This document shows positions 1 to 8,409 of a DNA stretch of 55,407 nucleotides, piece after piece; the stretch's first letter is position 1, and every line of letters begins with the position of its first letter. The notes beneath the pieces are model-generated. The model did no database searches, had not been told where the DNA came from, and worked only from the letters and a program-made list of their open reading frames with translations. The stretch covers positions 1-55,407 of the forward strand of contig CAYOZB010000003.1 in the NCBI GenBank assembly GCA_964408365.1, read 5' to 3'. The translations under genes were made by a program, and so were the position numbers. The stretch comes from an uncultured Halobacteriales archaeon. Its GTDB lineage: Archaea; Thermoplasmatota; E2; JACPAO01.

Positions 1-74
1 AGGTCTGTGATGCTCATTCGGCCGTCTTGTTGGAGCAGTTCCAGCATGCGCAAGTTTGTCCGGTCAAGTTCCAT
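1..74 (-). CDS. Lrp/AsnC family transcriptional regulator (N-terminal part only; runs off the window edge)
   Basis: Manual translation of the minus strand from ATG at 74 gives MELDRTNLRMLELLQQDGRMSITDL, a typical AsnC HTH start and close to the paralog at 13703-14242. Not in the ORF track. Confidence 0.85.
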   Translation of the reverse strand, partial: MELDRTNLRMLELLQQDGRMSITD

Positions 75-142
75 TTTTTTCGACCTCCGCCGTCCCGTTT
101 CCCGCGGAACGAGCGGGCGTTACTTAACGCTTCAGAGAACCG

Positions 143-772
143 TCACGGAACTTCCGAAATGTCCGTGGATTCCGCGGGCTGTGGTGGTTGCTTCAGGCTT
201 GTCTCGCCAAGCAGGGACGAGGCTTCGAGACCGCGGAAGATGGGCGGCAAGGCCGCGGCATAGAGTAAGCCGTGCAGGAGCGCGGGCACGACGTTGAACG
301 CGAGGCCCAAGAGGACGAGTGTCGTCCACAAGGTTCCGCGCGCGGCGTCGGGCGCGTCGGCGAGGATCCAATTGTAGAACACCCACGAGACGGAGTCGGC
401 GACGATGCTGTAGAGGATCGTGACGGCGAGGCCGAGGTCGAAGAGGATGATCCGGGTCCACCAGGTCACGCGCGCGAAGAAACGTGGGACGTCGACGAAG
501 TGGCCCACGATGCCGAAGGCGAGGCCAAAGAGTGTTTCGACGAACGTCATCGGCAGGAGGATGGGGTTGACGCCGGAGATCAATAGGTCGCTCCCGAGTC
601 GTCCCAGGAATCCGACCGCGGCGCCGGTGCGAATTCCGTACGCGAGGCCGGCGACGGCAAGGACGAGAAACGAGAGGCTCACGTTGGGGATCCAGACGAA
701 TGCGAGGCGGCCCGCGATTGATAGACTTGCGAGCGATAGGATTATCGCGAGGCGCAACGCGGGCGACTTCAT
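143..772 (-). CDS. ECF transporter substrate-specific S component (CbrT-like, probably cobalamin)
   Basis: Hydrophobic 209 aa protein with the N-terminal GRLAFVWIPNV motif typical of CbrT-type S components. It overlaps the T component by ATGA and lies near DUF4430 genes. Confidence 0.8.
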   Translation of the reverse strand: MKSPALRLAIILSLASLSIAGRLAFVWIPNVSLSFLVLAVAGLAYGIRTGAAVGFLGRLGSDLLISGVNPILLPMTFVETLFGLAFGIVGHFVDVPRFFARVTWWTRIILFDLGLAVTILYSIVADSVSWVFYNWILADAPDAARGTLWTTLVLLGLAFNVVPALLHGLLYAAALPPIFRGLEASSLLGETSLKQPPQPAESTDISEVP

Positions 773-1356
773 GCGCGTCTCCGGCCGAAGCCCGCGAGTT
801 CGAGTGCGAGCGCCTGGTCGCGCGCGCGCCGGATGGCATTGACGAAGAGCGGGACGATGATGGGGAGGAACTGTGTGGGCCGCGCCCAGGCCCGTTTGAT
901 CTCAAGGCCGCGCGACATCTGGGTCCGTCGGATCCGGTCGAAGTCTTCGCGAAGCGCCGGGACCAGGCGCAGCAGGCTCGCCGTGACGTAGAGTGGGAAC
1001 GGTCGCCGGGAGACGAGCGGGAGGAAATCTTCGACGGGGATGAGCCGCGCTGCCAACATTCCGATGGAAAACAGGCCGAGGACGCGAAGCATCTCAAGCG
1101 CGCCGATCCAAGCGCCGCCGATGCCGAAGTCGATGGAGCCGACATGGAAGGGTTGCAGCGAAGGAAGCGTAAACCCGTAGACCGCGGCGCCGATGAGAAT
1201 GGTGGTTGCGCCGAACACGATCCATGGAATGCGGCTTCCCGTCGCGAGGCTTGCGAGGCAGAGCAAGTAGAGGACGGCGCCGAGGATCCGCGCTGGTTCC
1301 GCCGGGAGCATGAACAGGAGGATTCCGGCCGCGGCGAGGGTGGCGGCAACGATCAG
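769..1356 (-). CDS. ECF transporter transmembrane T component (CbiQ/EcfT family)
   Basis: Contains LLRLVPALREDFDRIRRTQMSRG and a C-terminal ALALELAGF, the EcfT coupling helices. The start is uncertain; a CTG overlapping the upstream stop is proposed (ORF track extends to 1491). Confidence 0.85.
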   Translation of the reverse strand: MIVAATLAAAGILLFMLPAEPARILGAVLYLLCLASLATGSRIPWIVFGATTILIGAAVYGFTLPSLQPFHVGSIDFGIGGAWIGALEMLRVLGLFSIGMLAARLIPVEDFLPLVSRRPFPLYVTASLLRLVPALREDFDRIRRTQMSRGLEIKRAWARPTQFLPIIVPLFVNAIRRARDQALALELAGFGRRRA

Positions 1357-2738
1357 GGAGCGCGTGGGCGCACCTCCACGATTGGTTGGATGGTTTGGTC
1401 GCGTTCGAGTCGCAGGTGGCCGTGTTCGATCCGGTGGACGGTGTCGCATCCGTCGATGAGTGCGTCGTCGTGGGTGGCGAGGACCACGCATGCTTGCTGC
1501 GCCGACCTGCGGAGGAACGAGAGAAGATCGGCGCGGCCCTTTTCGTCGAGACCATGCGTCGGTTCGTCAAGAAGCAACAAGTCGGCTCGGGCGGCGGACG
1601 TGCACGCGAGCGCGACCCGCTCCTGTTCCCCACCGGAAAGGGAGAGTGGGTGGCGATCTAGAAGCGAGTCGATCCCGAATTCCGCTGCGGCCGCCGTCGT
1701 GCGGCGTTCCGTCTCCTCTCTCGAGAAACCCGCGTTGGTCGGTTGGAAGCAGATCTCGTCGCGGCTTCTTTCCATGAAGAATGTCTCGCGCGGTTCTTCG
1801 ATGTGATGCGCGCGGAAACGTGCCAGCCCCGGGGGCGACATTTCGTGGACGGGTGCATCATCAAACGTCACTGTACCTGTGCGTGGCCGTTCGAGTCCTC
1901 CCAAGATGCGCAGCAAAGTGGACTTGCCGGAACCGTTGAGTCCGGCGATGGCGTGCAGACCCGTACCGAGTCGGAGCGTGGCGTGTTCGATCAGTCCACG
2001 GGCGTCGGCCAGATTCAACGCCACCAGACGAGCGTTGGCTGGTTGCGCTTGGGGACGCCGCCATTCTGCCGGCGCCGGGCCTGCGCCTGGTTTTGTGTTG
2101 CAGATTTCGCCGTCGGCGACGTGTAGCTGCAGCGTGGCGATAGGGTGCCATGGTTCGGGCTCGTGGGTGGCGACGACCACGAGGGCTTTCTCCGCGAAGC
2201 CCGAGATGTCGTTGATGACGACGTTTCGCCAGGCGGCGTCGAGATGGTTCAGAGGCTCATCAAGAAGCAGGAGGGATGGACCGTGGATGCGCGCGGCGAA
2301 AAGAGCCAACCGTCGGCGCTCGCCAGCGGACAGGCGATGGACCGGGACGCGGGCACGACCATCCAGGTGGATCTGTGCAAGGAGCCGCAGGGCTTCCTCT
2401 CGTGCGCCGCGGTATTTCCACCCATGCGCCTGGAGACGGAGCTGAAACTCCGTGACGGGGTCGTGGGCGAGGAACGCGTCGCGCGCGTCTTGGGGCACGA
2501 ACCCGATCTTCGCATCCTTGCCGCCCGCGTCTTGTGCTTCGACGGTGCCGCGCACATCGCCGCCTTGGAACTCGCGGAGCGTCCCGGTGAGTGCCTTGAG
2601 GAGGCTTGATTTGCCGGCGGCCGACGCGCCCGTGAGCAGCACGAGGCTCGGTCCTTCGAGTTCGAGTCGCGGGATGTTGAGGAGGTTCTTGCCGGCGCGG
2701 ATCCATTTGAGGTTTCGGACCTGGACGCGGATCGTCAG
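1353..2738 (-). CDS. ECF transporter ATPase with two fused ABC domains
   Basis: Two Walker A motifs (GASAAGKS, GLNGSGKST), two signature motifs (LSAGE, LSGGE) and two LLLLDEP Walker B motifs. Start uncertain (CTG 2738 or TTG 2807). Confidence 0.9.
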   Translation of the reverse strand: MTIRVQVRNLKWIRAGKNLLNIPRLELEGPSLVLLTGASAAGKSSLLKALTGTLREFQGGDVRGTVEAQDAGGKDAKIGFVPQDARDAFLAHDPVTEFQLRLQAHGWKYRGAREEALRLLAQIHLDGRARVPVHRLSAGERRRLALFAARIHGPSLLLLDEPLNHLDAAWRNVVINDISGFAEKALVVVATHEPEPWHPIATLQLHVADGEICNTKPGAGPAPAEWRRPQAQPANARLVALNLADARGLIEHATLRLGTGLHAIAGLNGSGKSTLLRILGGLERPRTGTVTFDDAPVHEMSPPGLARFRAHHIEEPRETFFMERSRDEICFQPTNAGFSREETERRTTAAAAEFGIDSLLDRHPLSLSGGEQERVALACTSAARADLLLLDEPTHGLDEKGRADLLSFLRRSAQQACVVLATHDDALIDGCDTVHRIEHGHLRLERDQTIQPIVEVRPRAP

Positions 2739-3517
2739 AGCTCCACGCTCCGGACCGTCAACGGCTGCGGCACGGAGCCGTTCGCCTGGCCGACCGCCGC
2801 CAAGCAATCGGGCAGGTTCCGAACAGGCACCCAGTACTGGACGGGGACGCCGCGCAACGCCGCCTCGATCGCGGCTTGCAAGGGGGCGAACTCGAAATGG
2901 ACGTCGCGGCCGAGTTCTTCCAGAAGCACGGCCGACGTGAGGTCATGGGCGCCGAGGCGGCCGGTGCCGTTGTTTCGACGAAGCATCGCGCTGGCGCGTC
3001 GTCGTTGTCCAGAGGTCAAGGACTCAGGGTGGGCGACGAACAGGAGGGGAGCGGGTTTCAACGCGACGATGCCACGCAACGCGCCGACGCGGACGAGCGC
3101 TCCTTTACGTGCGGCCGCTTTGGCGCGTCCCGTGGAGCCCGCGTACACCCTGGGCGCGGCGCGCAACCGTCCATCGCTCATGTAGAGGCCGACCTCGTCG
3201 CCTTCCTTGATGTTCGCTCCGGCCTGCGCGTCCGTCTCATCGATGAGCCGCAGGTTTCCGATCGCGTCGTCGACGAACCGCCGAAGGTCGCGCATCGAGC
3301 CGTGGAGCGCGTCGGTGCCGCGTGCGGTGGGCCGCCAGGCGCCTTCGCGGTTCTCGACGAGGGCGTCCTCGACGAGTCGTTTGAGGACGACGCTCACGGC
3401 TTGGACGCTGACGCCGAGCCGGTCGGCGAGCGTCTTGAGCTTCGCGTGACGCTGTCGGTGAAGCTCGAGGAGCAGCAGGATGCGGGTGGAGAGGCCTCTG
3501 GGCCGCGCGTCCGTCAC
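2735..3517 (-). CDS. Archaeal winged-HTH (MarR-like, COG1497-type) transcriptional regulator
   Basis: N-terminal LKTLADRLGVSVQAVSVVLKRLVEDALVE HTH followed by the IKEGDEVGLYMSDGRLRA domain seen in this archaeal family. First gene of the ECF operon. Confidence 0.8.
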   Translation of the reverse strand: MTDARPRGLSTRILLLLELHRQRHAKLKTLADRLGVSVQAVSVVLKRLVEDALVENREGAWRPTARGTDALHGSMRDLRRFVDDAIGNLRLIDETDAQAGANIKEGDEVGLYMSDGRLRAAPRVYAGSTGRAKAAARKGALVRVGALRGIVALKPAPLLFVAHPESLTSGQRRRASAMLRRNNGTGRLGAHDLTSAVLLEELGRDVHFEFAPLQAAIEAALRGVPVQYWVPVRNLPDCLAAVGQANGSVPQPLTVRSVEL

Positions 3518-3549
3518 GGTCGACGCTACGAGGCCCTGGTTTATGACGA

Positions 3550-3585
3550 TAATGCTCGCATTAAACTTGCATTGAAAAAATTCAA
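3550..3585. promoter_or_regulatory. Two palindromes in the AT-rich divergent promoter (candidate operators)
   Basis: TAATGC-tc-GCATTA at 3550-3563 and TTGAA-aaaa-TTCAA at 3572-3585, between divergent starts at 3517 and 3628. Confidence 0.45.
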
Positions 3586-3627
3586 CCGCGCTGAAAATTC
3601 ATATATGGGTGCCGTTTAGCGCCGTTC

Positions 3628-4578
3628 GTGCGCCTCGCGTTCCCGATCTTGTTTGTGGTCGCGGTTGCGGCGACGGCGGATGCGCGTTTTGCGGACACGC
3701 AGGGGTTCAGTGGCAAGCACGGGGTCACCTGCGTCTCGTGTCATTTTCCGGAAGTCGTCGAGCTGGGCACTCCGGCGGCGATCGCGGTCACGGGGTTGCC
3801 GACTGCGTGGGATTGGTCCACCGCGTACGATTTCACGATCACGGTTGAAGGCGGGCCGCCGGGGAACCCCGCGCCGGACACGCCGCAGGCCGGATTCGAC
3901 CTCGAGATCGACCTCGGAATCCTCGCGGCGGGCCACGACATGGATGGGCTCCTGCGGTTCCCGTCGGAACAGGAAGCGACCTACACAGGCATCGGCACCC
4001 AGGTGCGTTCGTGGAACGTCGTGTGGACAGCGCCGGCGCTCTCCGGCTATCCGAGCAACGCGACGTTCTGGATCGCGGTCATCGCGGCCAACGGCAACCA
4101 CGTCATGAACGGGCCCGACGTGACGGGCGAGCGCGGCGACCGAGGCGCAACGGCGCAATATGTTGTCGAACCGTCCGAGATGGCCCGCGAACGTTGGTCC
4201 CTGCAACCTCTGCCGCCGCCGATTCTCCAGCCCTACAATGTGACGGAGAGCGGCCCTTCCGTCCTCACAGGCACGGTCGCCGATTTCGCCGACGGCGCCG
4301 AAGTGCGGATCGACCACGGGGAATGGCAGGGCGCGACTGGATCACCCGGATTTTCCTTCCCTCTCCCACCCTGGACACCGGGTCGGCACACCATCGACGT
4401 GCGCGCGGTGTGGCAGAACCGCACGAGCGACCTGGTGTCGATCGCCGTCGACGTCGAAGATCCGCCCGGAGGGGCCTCCGCAACCTCCAGCACGGGTTCC
4501 GGCCTGGGTGTCTGGGTGTTCCTCGCGCTGCTTCTCGTCATTCCACTCGTTCCGTTCTTGTTGCGAATCCGAAGGTGA
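3628..4578 (+). CDS. Membrane-anchored surface protein with a CxxCH motif and Reeler-like (choice-of-anchor V-like) plus Ig-like domains
   Basis: Signal peptide, GVTCVSCH, WTAP and AANGN Reeler-like motifs, and a C-terminal TM helix with basic tail. Confidence 0.65.
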   Translation: MRLAFPILFVVAVAATADARFADTQGFSGKHGVTCVSCHFPEVVELGTPAAIAVTGLPTAWDWSTAYDFTITVEGGPPGNPAPDTPQAGFDLEIDLGILAAGHDMDGLLRFPSEQEATYTGIGTQVRSWNVVWTAPALSGYPSNATFWIAVIAANGNHVMNGPDVTGERGDRGATAQYVVEPSEMARERWSLQPLPPPILQPYNVTESGPSVLTGTVADFADGAEVRIDHGEWQGATGSPGFSFPLPPWTPGRHTIDVRAVWQNRTSDLVSIAVDVEDPPGGASATSSTGSGLGVWVFLALLLVIPLVPFLLRIRR

Positions 4579-4583
4579 AACCC

Positions 4584-5354
4584 ATGATGCGAACCTTACT
4601 GCTAGTGACTGCGTTGATTTTCGCCGGCTGCGTCGAACCGGCCGACAGGAACGTACAACCCACCGCTTTGCCCGAGACCTCGGCCGCGGCCCCCGCCAAT
4701 GCGACGCAGGAGATCATGGCCCCCGTCGTCACCGTCGCGACCGACGCCACCGTTACCCGGAGCGAGGCCGTCACCTTGTTCGTCAACACGACCGGAGCCG
4801 TCGACATCGTGGTGAAACTGGACGGCGCCGAAACCCTGCGCGAAGCGATCACCGCCTCCGTCCAACGAACGGTTCCGGTCGGCTTCGGCCTGAACCTGAT
4901 CGACGTCGTCGTCTCCTCGCCCGGTCATGAAGAAACGGTACCACTGTCCGTCGTGCGACTTGGGAAGACCACGATGAACATCGACTACGGCGTCTTCCAC
5001 CCGGCCTCGCAAGGCGCGCCGCGCGTCGACACCTTCGAGGTCTGGATCGACATCGATGCACGCCCCTCGGCCCCCGCGTACACGGACCAAGGCATCAGCC
5101 ACTTCGACGCGTTCACCGCACACGACCAGCTTGTTGTGTTCGAACAGGTCACCGGAAAAAAAGTCGTGTTCGAATATTTCCCGAGCTTCCAAGGGTACGC
5201 CGTGAGCCGCATCGACGGGGCCGGCGGCGCCATCAGCTCCGACGCGCCACCCTGGTGGTGCTACACGGTCAACGCGGCCTCCCCGGACGGCATCAGCATC
5301 CAACGCATTCTCCCCGGTGACGTCGTCGCGTGGGACCTCGGCGGCTGCGCGTAG
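4584..5354 (+). CDS. DUF4430 (transcobalamin C-terminal-like beta-grasp) lipoprotein
   Basis: Lipobox FAGC and C-terminal GYAVSRIDG...WWCYTVN...ILPGDVVAW. ATG at 4584 is in frame with ORF 4011..5354. Confidence 0.8.
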   Translation: MMRTLLLVTALIFAGCVEPADRNVQPTALPETSAAAPANATQEIMAPVVTVATDATVTRSEAVTLFVNTTGAVDIVVKLDGAETLREAITASVQRTVPVGFGLNLIDVVVSSPGHEETVPLSVVRLGKTTMNIDYGVFHPASQGAPRVDTFEVWIDIDARPSAPAYTDQGISHFDAFTAHDQLVVFEQVTGKKVVFEYFPSFQGYAVSRIDGAGGAISSDAPPWWCYTVNAASPDGISIQRILPGDVVAWDLGGCA

Positions 5355-5363
5355 GCCCAAACC

Positions 5364-6245
5364 ATGCGCCGAATGCTCTTACTCCTGGCCGTGTTCGTCG
5401 TCGCTTCCGGGTGCGTCGCCCTCGAAGCGCAATCCCCCCTGGTCCCTCGCGGGCTGGAATACCTACAATCGGTGCAGAATGAGGATGGTGGCTTCGCCGG
5501 AGCCGGAACGGGCCCGTCCGATTTTTCAACGAGCGCCTGGGTGGCCTTAGCGTTCGGAGCCGCGGACCCGGCGAACGACGCAGTGTCGGCACTGCGCGCG
5601 TACCTCGCGAACCAGTCGGAAGCCGTGCTGACCAACGCAACGGGTAGCTTCAGCCGCGCCAACGCGGTTTCTCTCTTCGTCCTCGCCAGCTTGGCGATCG
5701 ATGTGCCGGGACGCGACGAACACGTGGCCCGGCTACGTGTTTACCTCGACAACACGACTCTTGCCGCCAACGAACGCCTCTTCCTCCTCGGCGCCCTGGG
5801 ACGCACCGGCGAGACCGAGGCCGCGTCGGCCCTCGCCGCTGAGATCCACGCGAAGCTCCTTGACCCCAAGGACGCAGACCTCGCCAAAGACGCCTGGATG
5901 CGCTCCCACGCCGTGTTGGCGTTGCTCGCGAACAACCAGGCCAGCAATGACCGTGATCTTCGCGCCGCGGCACGGAGTCTGCTGCCGTTCCAAAAAGAAG
6001 ACGCGGGGTTCCGAAGCTCGCCGGAGTTCGAACCGGACGCGTCGACGACGGCCGCCGTCGTCGCGGTGTTGTCGCAGATCCGGTTCGTGTATTCTCACGA
6101 ACACGAGACCGGCTTGGACTTCATTCTCTCGTTGCAGCAACCTTCGGGCAAGGTCCGGTTCAGCGAAGAATTCGACTTTTCGCCCGTCAAGACCACGGCG
6201 GAAGCAATCCTCGCCGCGACGGGAACCGGGCCGTTCCGGAGTTAG
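5364..6245 (+). CDS. Prenyltransferase/squalene-oxidase-repeat (alpha/alpha barrel) lipoprotein
   Basis: Lipobox ASGC and repeated YLQSVQNEDGGF / FQKEDAGF / LQQPSG motifs, each followed by a D-x-S-T-T-A type helix. Confidence 0.8.
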   Translation: MRRMLLLLAVFVVASGCVALEAQSPLVPRGLEYLQSVQNEDGGFAGAGTGPSDFSTSAWVALAFGAADPANDAVSALRAYLANQSEAVLTNATGSFSRANAVSLFVLASLAIDVPGRDEHVARLRVYLDNTTLAANERLFLLGALGRTGETEAASALAAEIHAKLLDPKDADLAKDAWMRSHAVLALLANNQASNDRDLRAAARSLLPFQKEDAGFRSSPEFEPDASTTAAVVAVLSQIRFVYSHEHETGLDFILSLQQPSGKVRFSEEFDFSPVKTTAEAILAATGTGPFRS

Positions 6246-6670
6246 GTCTCGCAGCCCCAATGCCAACGGACCTCATCGCCGTCGACCACGGGAGCAAGGT
6301 CCGCCGCGCGGTCTCCGAGGATGCCGTTCTTTTCCCAGAGCCAGCCGCAATTGCCTTGGTTCCTGTGACCGCCGATCGACTCGACGAACGCCCCGCCGGC
6401 GAACCCGTAGGTCACCTCGACTGTGACGTTTCCGCGAGCCGCCGCGACGAGCAAAGCGTCGAGCACGTTGGCGCGCTCTGCCGGGAGGTTGACGGGGTCG
6501 ATGAAGAAGAGCAACGTCTTGTCCGGTGCTTCGGCGCCCACGGACACTTCTGCCGGCCCGACCGGGGCCTGGTTCTGACCGGACCAGACGTACAACAATG
6601 CGCCCAGGAGCAGCAGGGTTCCCCCAAGCAAGAGCACGCGTTGCATCGGCGGCGGACGTGTTCGCTCCAC
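6242..6670 (-). CDS. Small membrane-anchored DUF4430 domain protein
   Basis: N-terminal TM helix followed by AFVESIGG...GWLWEKNG...DGDEVRWHW, the DUF4430 signature. Confidence 0.8.
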   Translation of the reverse strand: MERTRPPPMQRVLLLGGTLLLLGALLYVWSGQNQAPVGPAEVSVGAEAPDKTLLFFIDPVNLPAERANVLDALLVAAARGNVTVEVTYGFAGGAFVESIGGHRNQGNCGWLWEKNGILGDRAADLAPVVDGDEVRWHWGCET

Positions 6671-6832
6671 GATGGGGCCCGGAAACCGGTGGCTGGTTAA
6701 GAACCGTCTTGCAGGGCGCGGCCTCGCCCATGCCTTGCTTTTGGTCCATGGCTTAAGGCGATGTTGGTAACCACGTTTACCTATCAGCCGACCCGCCGTC
6801 CGTAAGAAGCTGCACGCGCATCCAAGGTCCTG

Positions 6833-7219
6833 ATGGAGACGAAACGCGCCTACGCGTGGACTGGCGCGATTACCGGTTCCGGCGCCCTCGCCGTCTTAGG
6901 GCTTGGGTTTCTTTCGGCGATTCTCTCGTTCCAACTCTTTTTCTGGCTAACCATAGGGGCCGCAGTGCTCGTCACGTTCGCGGTCGGCTTCGCCGCCCCA
7001 AGAAAATGGCCCGCCCTGACGCTGGTGGTCGTGATTGCTCTCGTCACCGCCGCAGGGCCGGGCGGGAACGACGACACGCCGGCCTCCATGTGGGCCGCGT
7101 TCTTCCTCGCCTTCACGGGCATCCCGACGGTAATCGGCGCCACAGCAGGTATTCTGTATCGCCGCAAAGCAGGTGGCGAGTTCATCGAGCGTTTCAGCCG
7201 CGGCGCAGGATCAACGTGA
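6833..7219 (+). CDS. Hypothetical membrane protein (about 4 TM helices)
   Basis: 128 aa, mostly hydrophobic, and fills the gap between neighbours. Overlaps the convergent GTPase by 26 bp. Confidence 0.6.
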   Translation: METKRAYAWTGAITGSGALAVLGLGFLSAILSFQLFFWLTIGAAVLVTFAVGFAAPRKWPALTLVVVIALVTAAGPGGNDDTPASMWAAFFLAFTGIPTVIGATAGILYRRKAGGEFIERFSRGAGST

Positions 7220-8306
7220 GCACGTCCTCGTCGTGTAGCACGTGGTCCAGCCCGAGCGTCTGTCCGGGGAACTTTGCGCTCTTGCCCCAGACCTGCGCGT
7301 AACGGAAGTCGCGTCGCATGTCGCGGTGGAGCATGTCAGTGACCGCGCCGATGTCGCTGCCGTACTTCACGACGAGCGGGTCCTTGAAGTCGGTCTCTCC
7401 GCCTTGCGGTCGGAGGTAGATCCGGATGAACTTGAGTCTCTGGTAGATGGCCTCTTGAAGCGCGTCGATGCCAACGCCCTTACTCGCGCTCGTCGGGACC
7501 ACTTCCCAGCCCTGCTTCCGGAACGCTTCCACCCGCTCCTTGACCTCCGACGGCGTCAACCCGTCGATCTTGTTGCAGCAAAGGATCCCCGGCATGTAGA
7601 CCCGGTTCGCGGCGAAGATATCGATGAGTTCGTCCGGCGTGAGGTCCTTGCGGATGATGATGTTCGCGTTGTTGATCTTGAACTCGCCCGCGATCTCCTT
7701 CACGTAGTCGACGTCGAGCTGGGTCAGGGCGACCGTGCTTCGGACATCCAATCCGCCTTTGACGGTCCGGTAGATCGCCACGTCGGGCTTCTTTTTGTTG
7801 AGACGGATATTCGCTTCCTCGACCTCGTGCGTCACGACGGGCAACGTGTCGGGGTTGAGGATGTCGATGACAAGGATGATCAAGTCGACGCCACGCGCGA
7901 CGGAGAGGACTTCGCGGCCGCGGCCTTTTCCTTTGGCGGCTCCTTTGATGATCCCCGGCATGTCGAGGATCTGGATCTTGGCCCCACGGTACTCCATCAA
8001 GCCGGGGATGACGGTGAGCGTGGTGAACTCGTAGGCGGCGACCTCGGACTGCGTGCTTCCGGTGAGTTCGTTGAGGAGCGTCGATTTACCGACCGAGGGG
8101 AGACCGACGATGCCGCAGGTCGCGTGGCCGCTGCGTTTGACGTCGAAACTGACGCCGCCACCGCCGCCACTGCCGCGTTTGATCTGTTCGTCCTTTAGGC
8201 GAGCGACCTTCGCCTTCAGCTTCCCGATGTGGAACTGGGTCGCCTTGTTGTACTTCGTCTTGGCAATCTCGTCTTCGAGTGCCTTGATGTCGTCCGCGAT
8301 TCCCAT
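7194..8306 (-). CDS. drg: DRG/Obg-family GTP-binding protein with TGS domain
   Basis: N-terminal KYNKATQFHIGKLKAK, G1 GLPSVGKST, YEFTT, DMPG, NKID, and C-terminal WGKSAKFPGQ TGS domain. Confidence 0.95.
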   Translation of the reverse strand: MGIADDIKALEDEIAKTKYNKATQFHIGKLKAKVARLKDEQIKRGSGGGGGVSFDVKRSGHATCGIVGLPSVGKSTLLNELTGSTQSEVAAYEFTTLTVIPGLMEYRGAKIQILDMPGIIKGAAKGKGRGREVLSVARGVDLIILVIDILNPDTLPVVTHEVEEANIRLNKKKPDVAIYRTVKGGLDVRSTVALTQLDVDYVKEIAGEFKINNANIIIRKDLTPDELIDIFAANRVYMPGILCCNKIDGLTPSEVKERVEAFRKQGWEVVPTSASKGVGIDALQEAIYQRLKFIRIYLRPQGGETDFKDPLVVKYGSDIGAVTDMLHRDMRRDFRYAQVWGKSAKFPGQTLGLDHVLHDEDVLTLILRRG

Positions 8307-8409
8307 TGGGGGCGGGCGGGTCAATCCCGGACGCTCTTAAAGGGTTCGAGGCGAGCCTCGGAGGGGCTGGAAGCAAACCGGAACCCATTAATCGCGTCGG
8401 GAGACTGGT

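Noticed and set aside
3518-3627. Cobalamin riboswitch upstream of the ECF/DUF4430 genes
   Set aside because: The spacer is short and AT-rich with no B12-box consensus; none was seen at 6671-6832 either.
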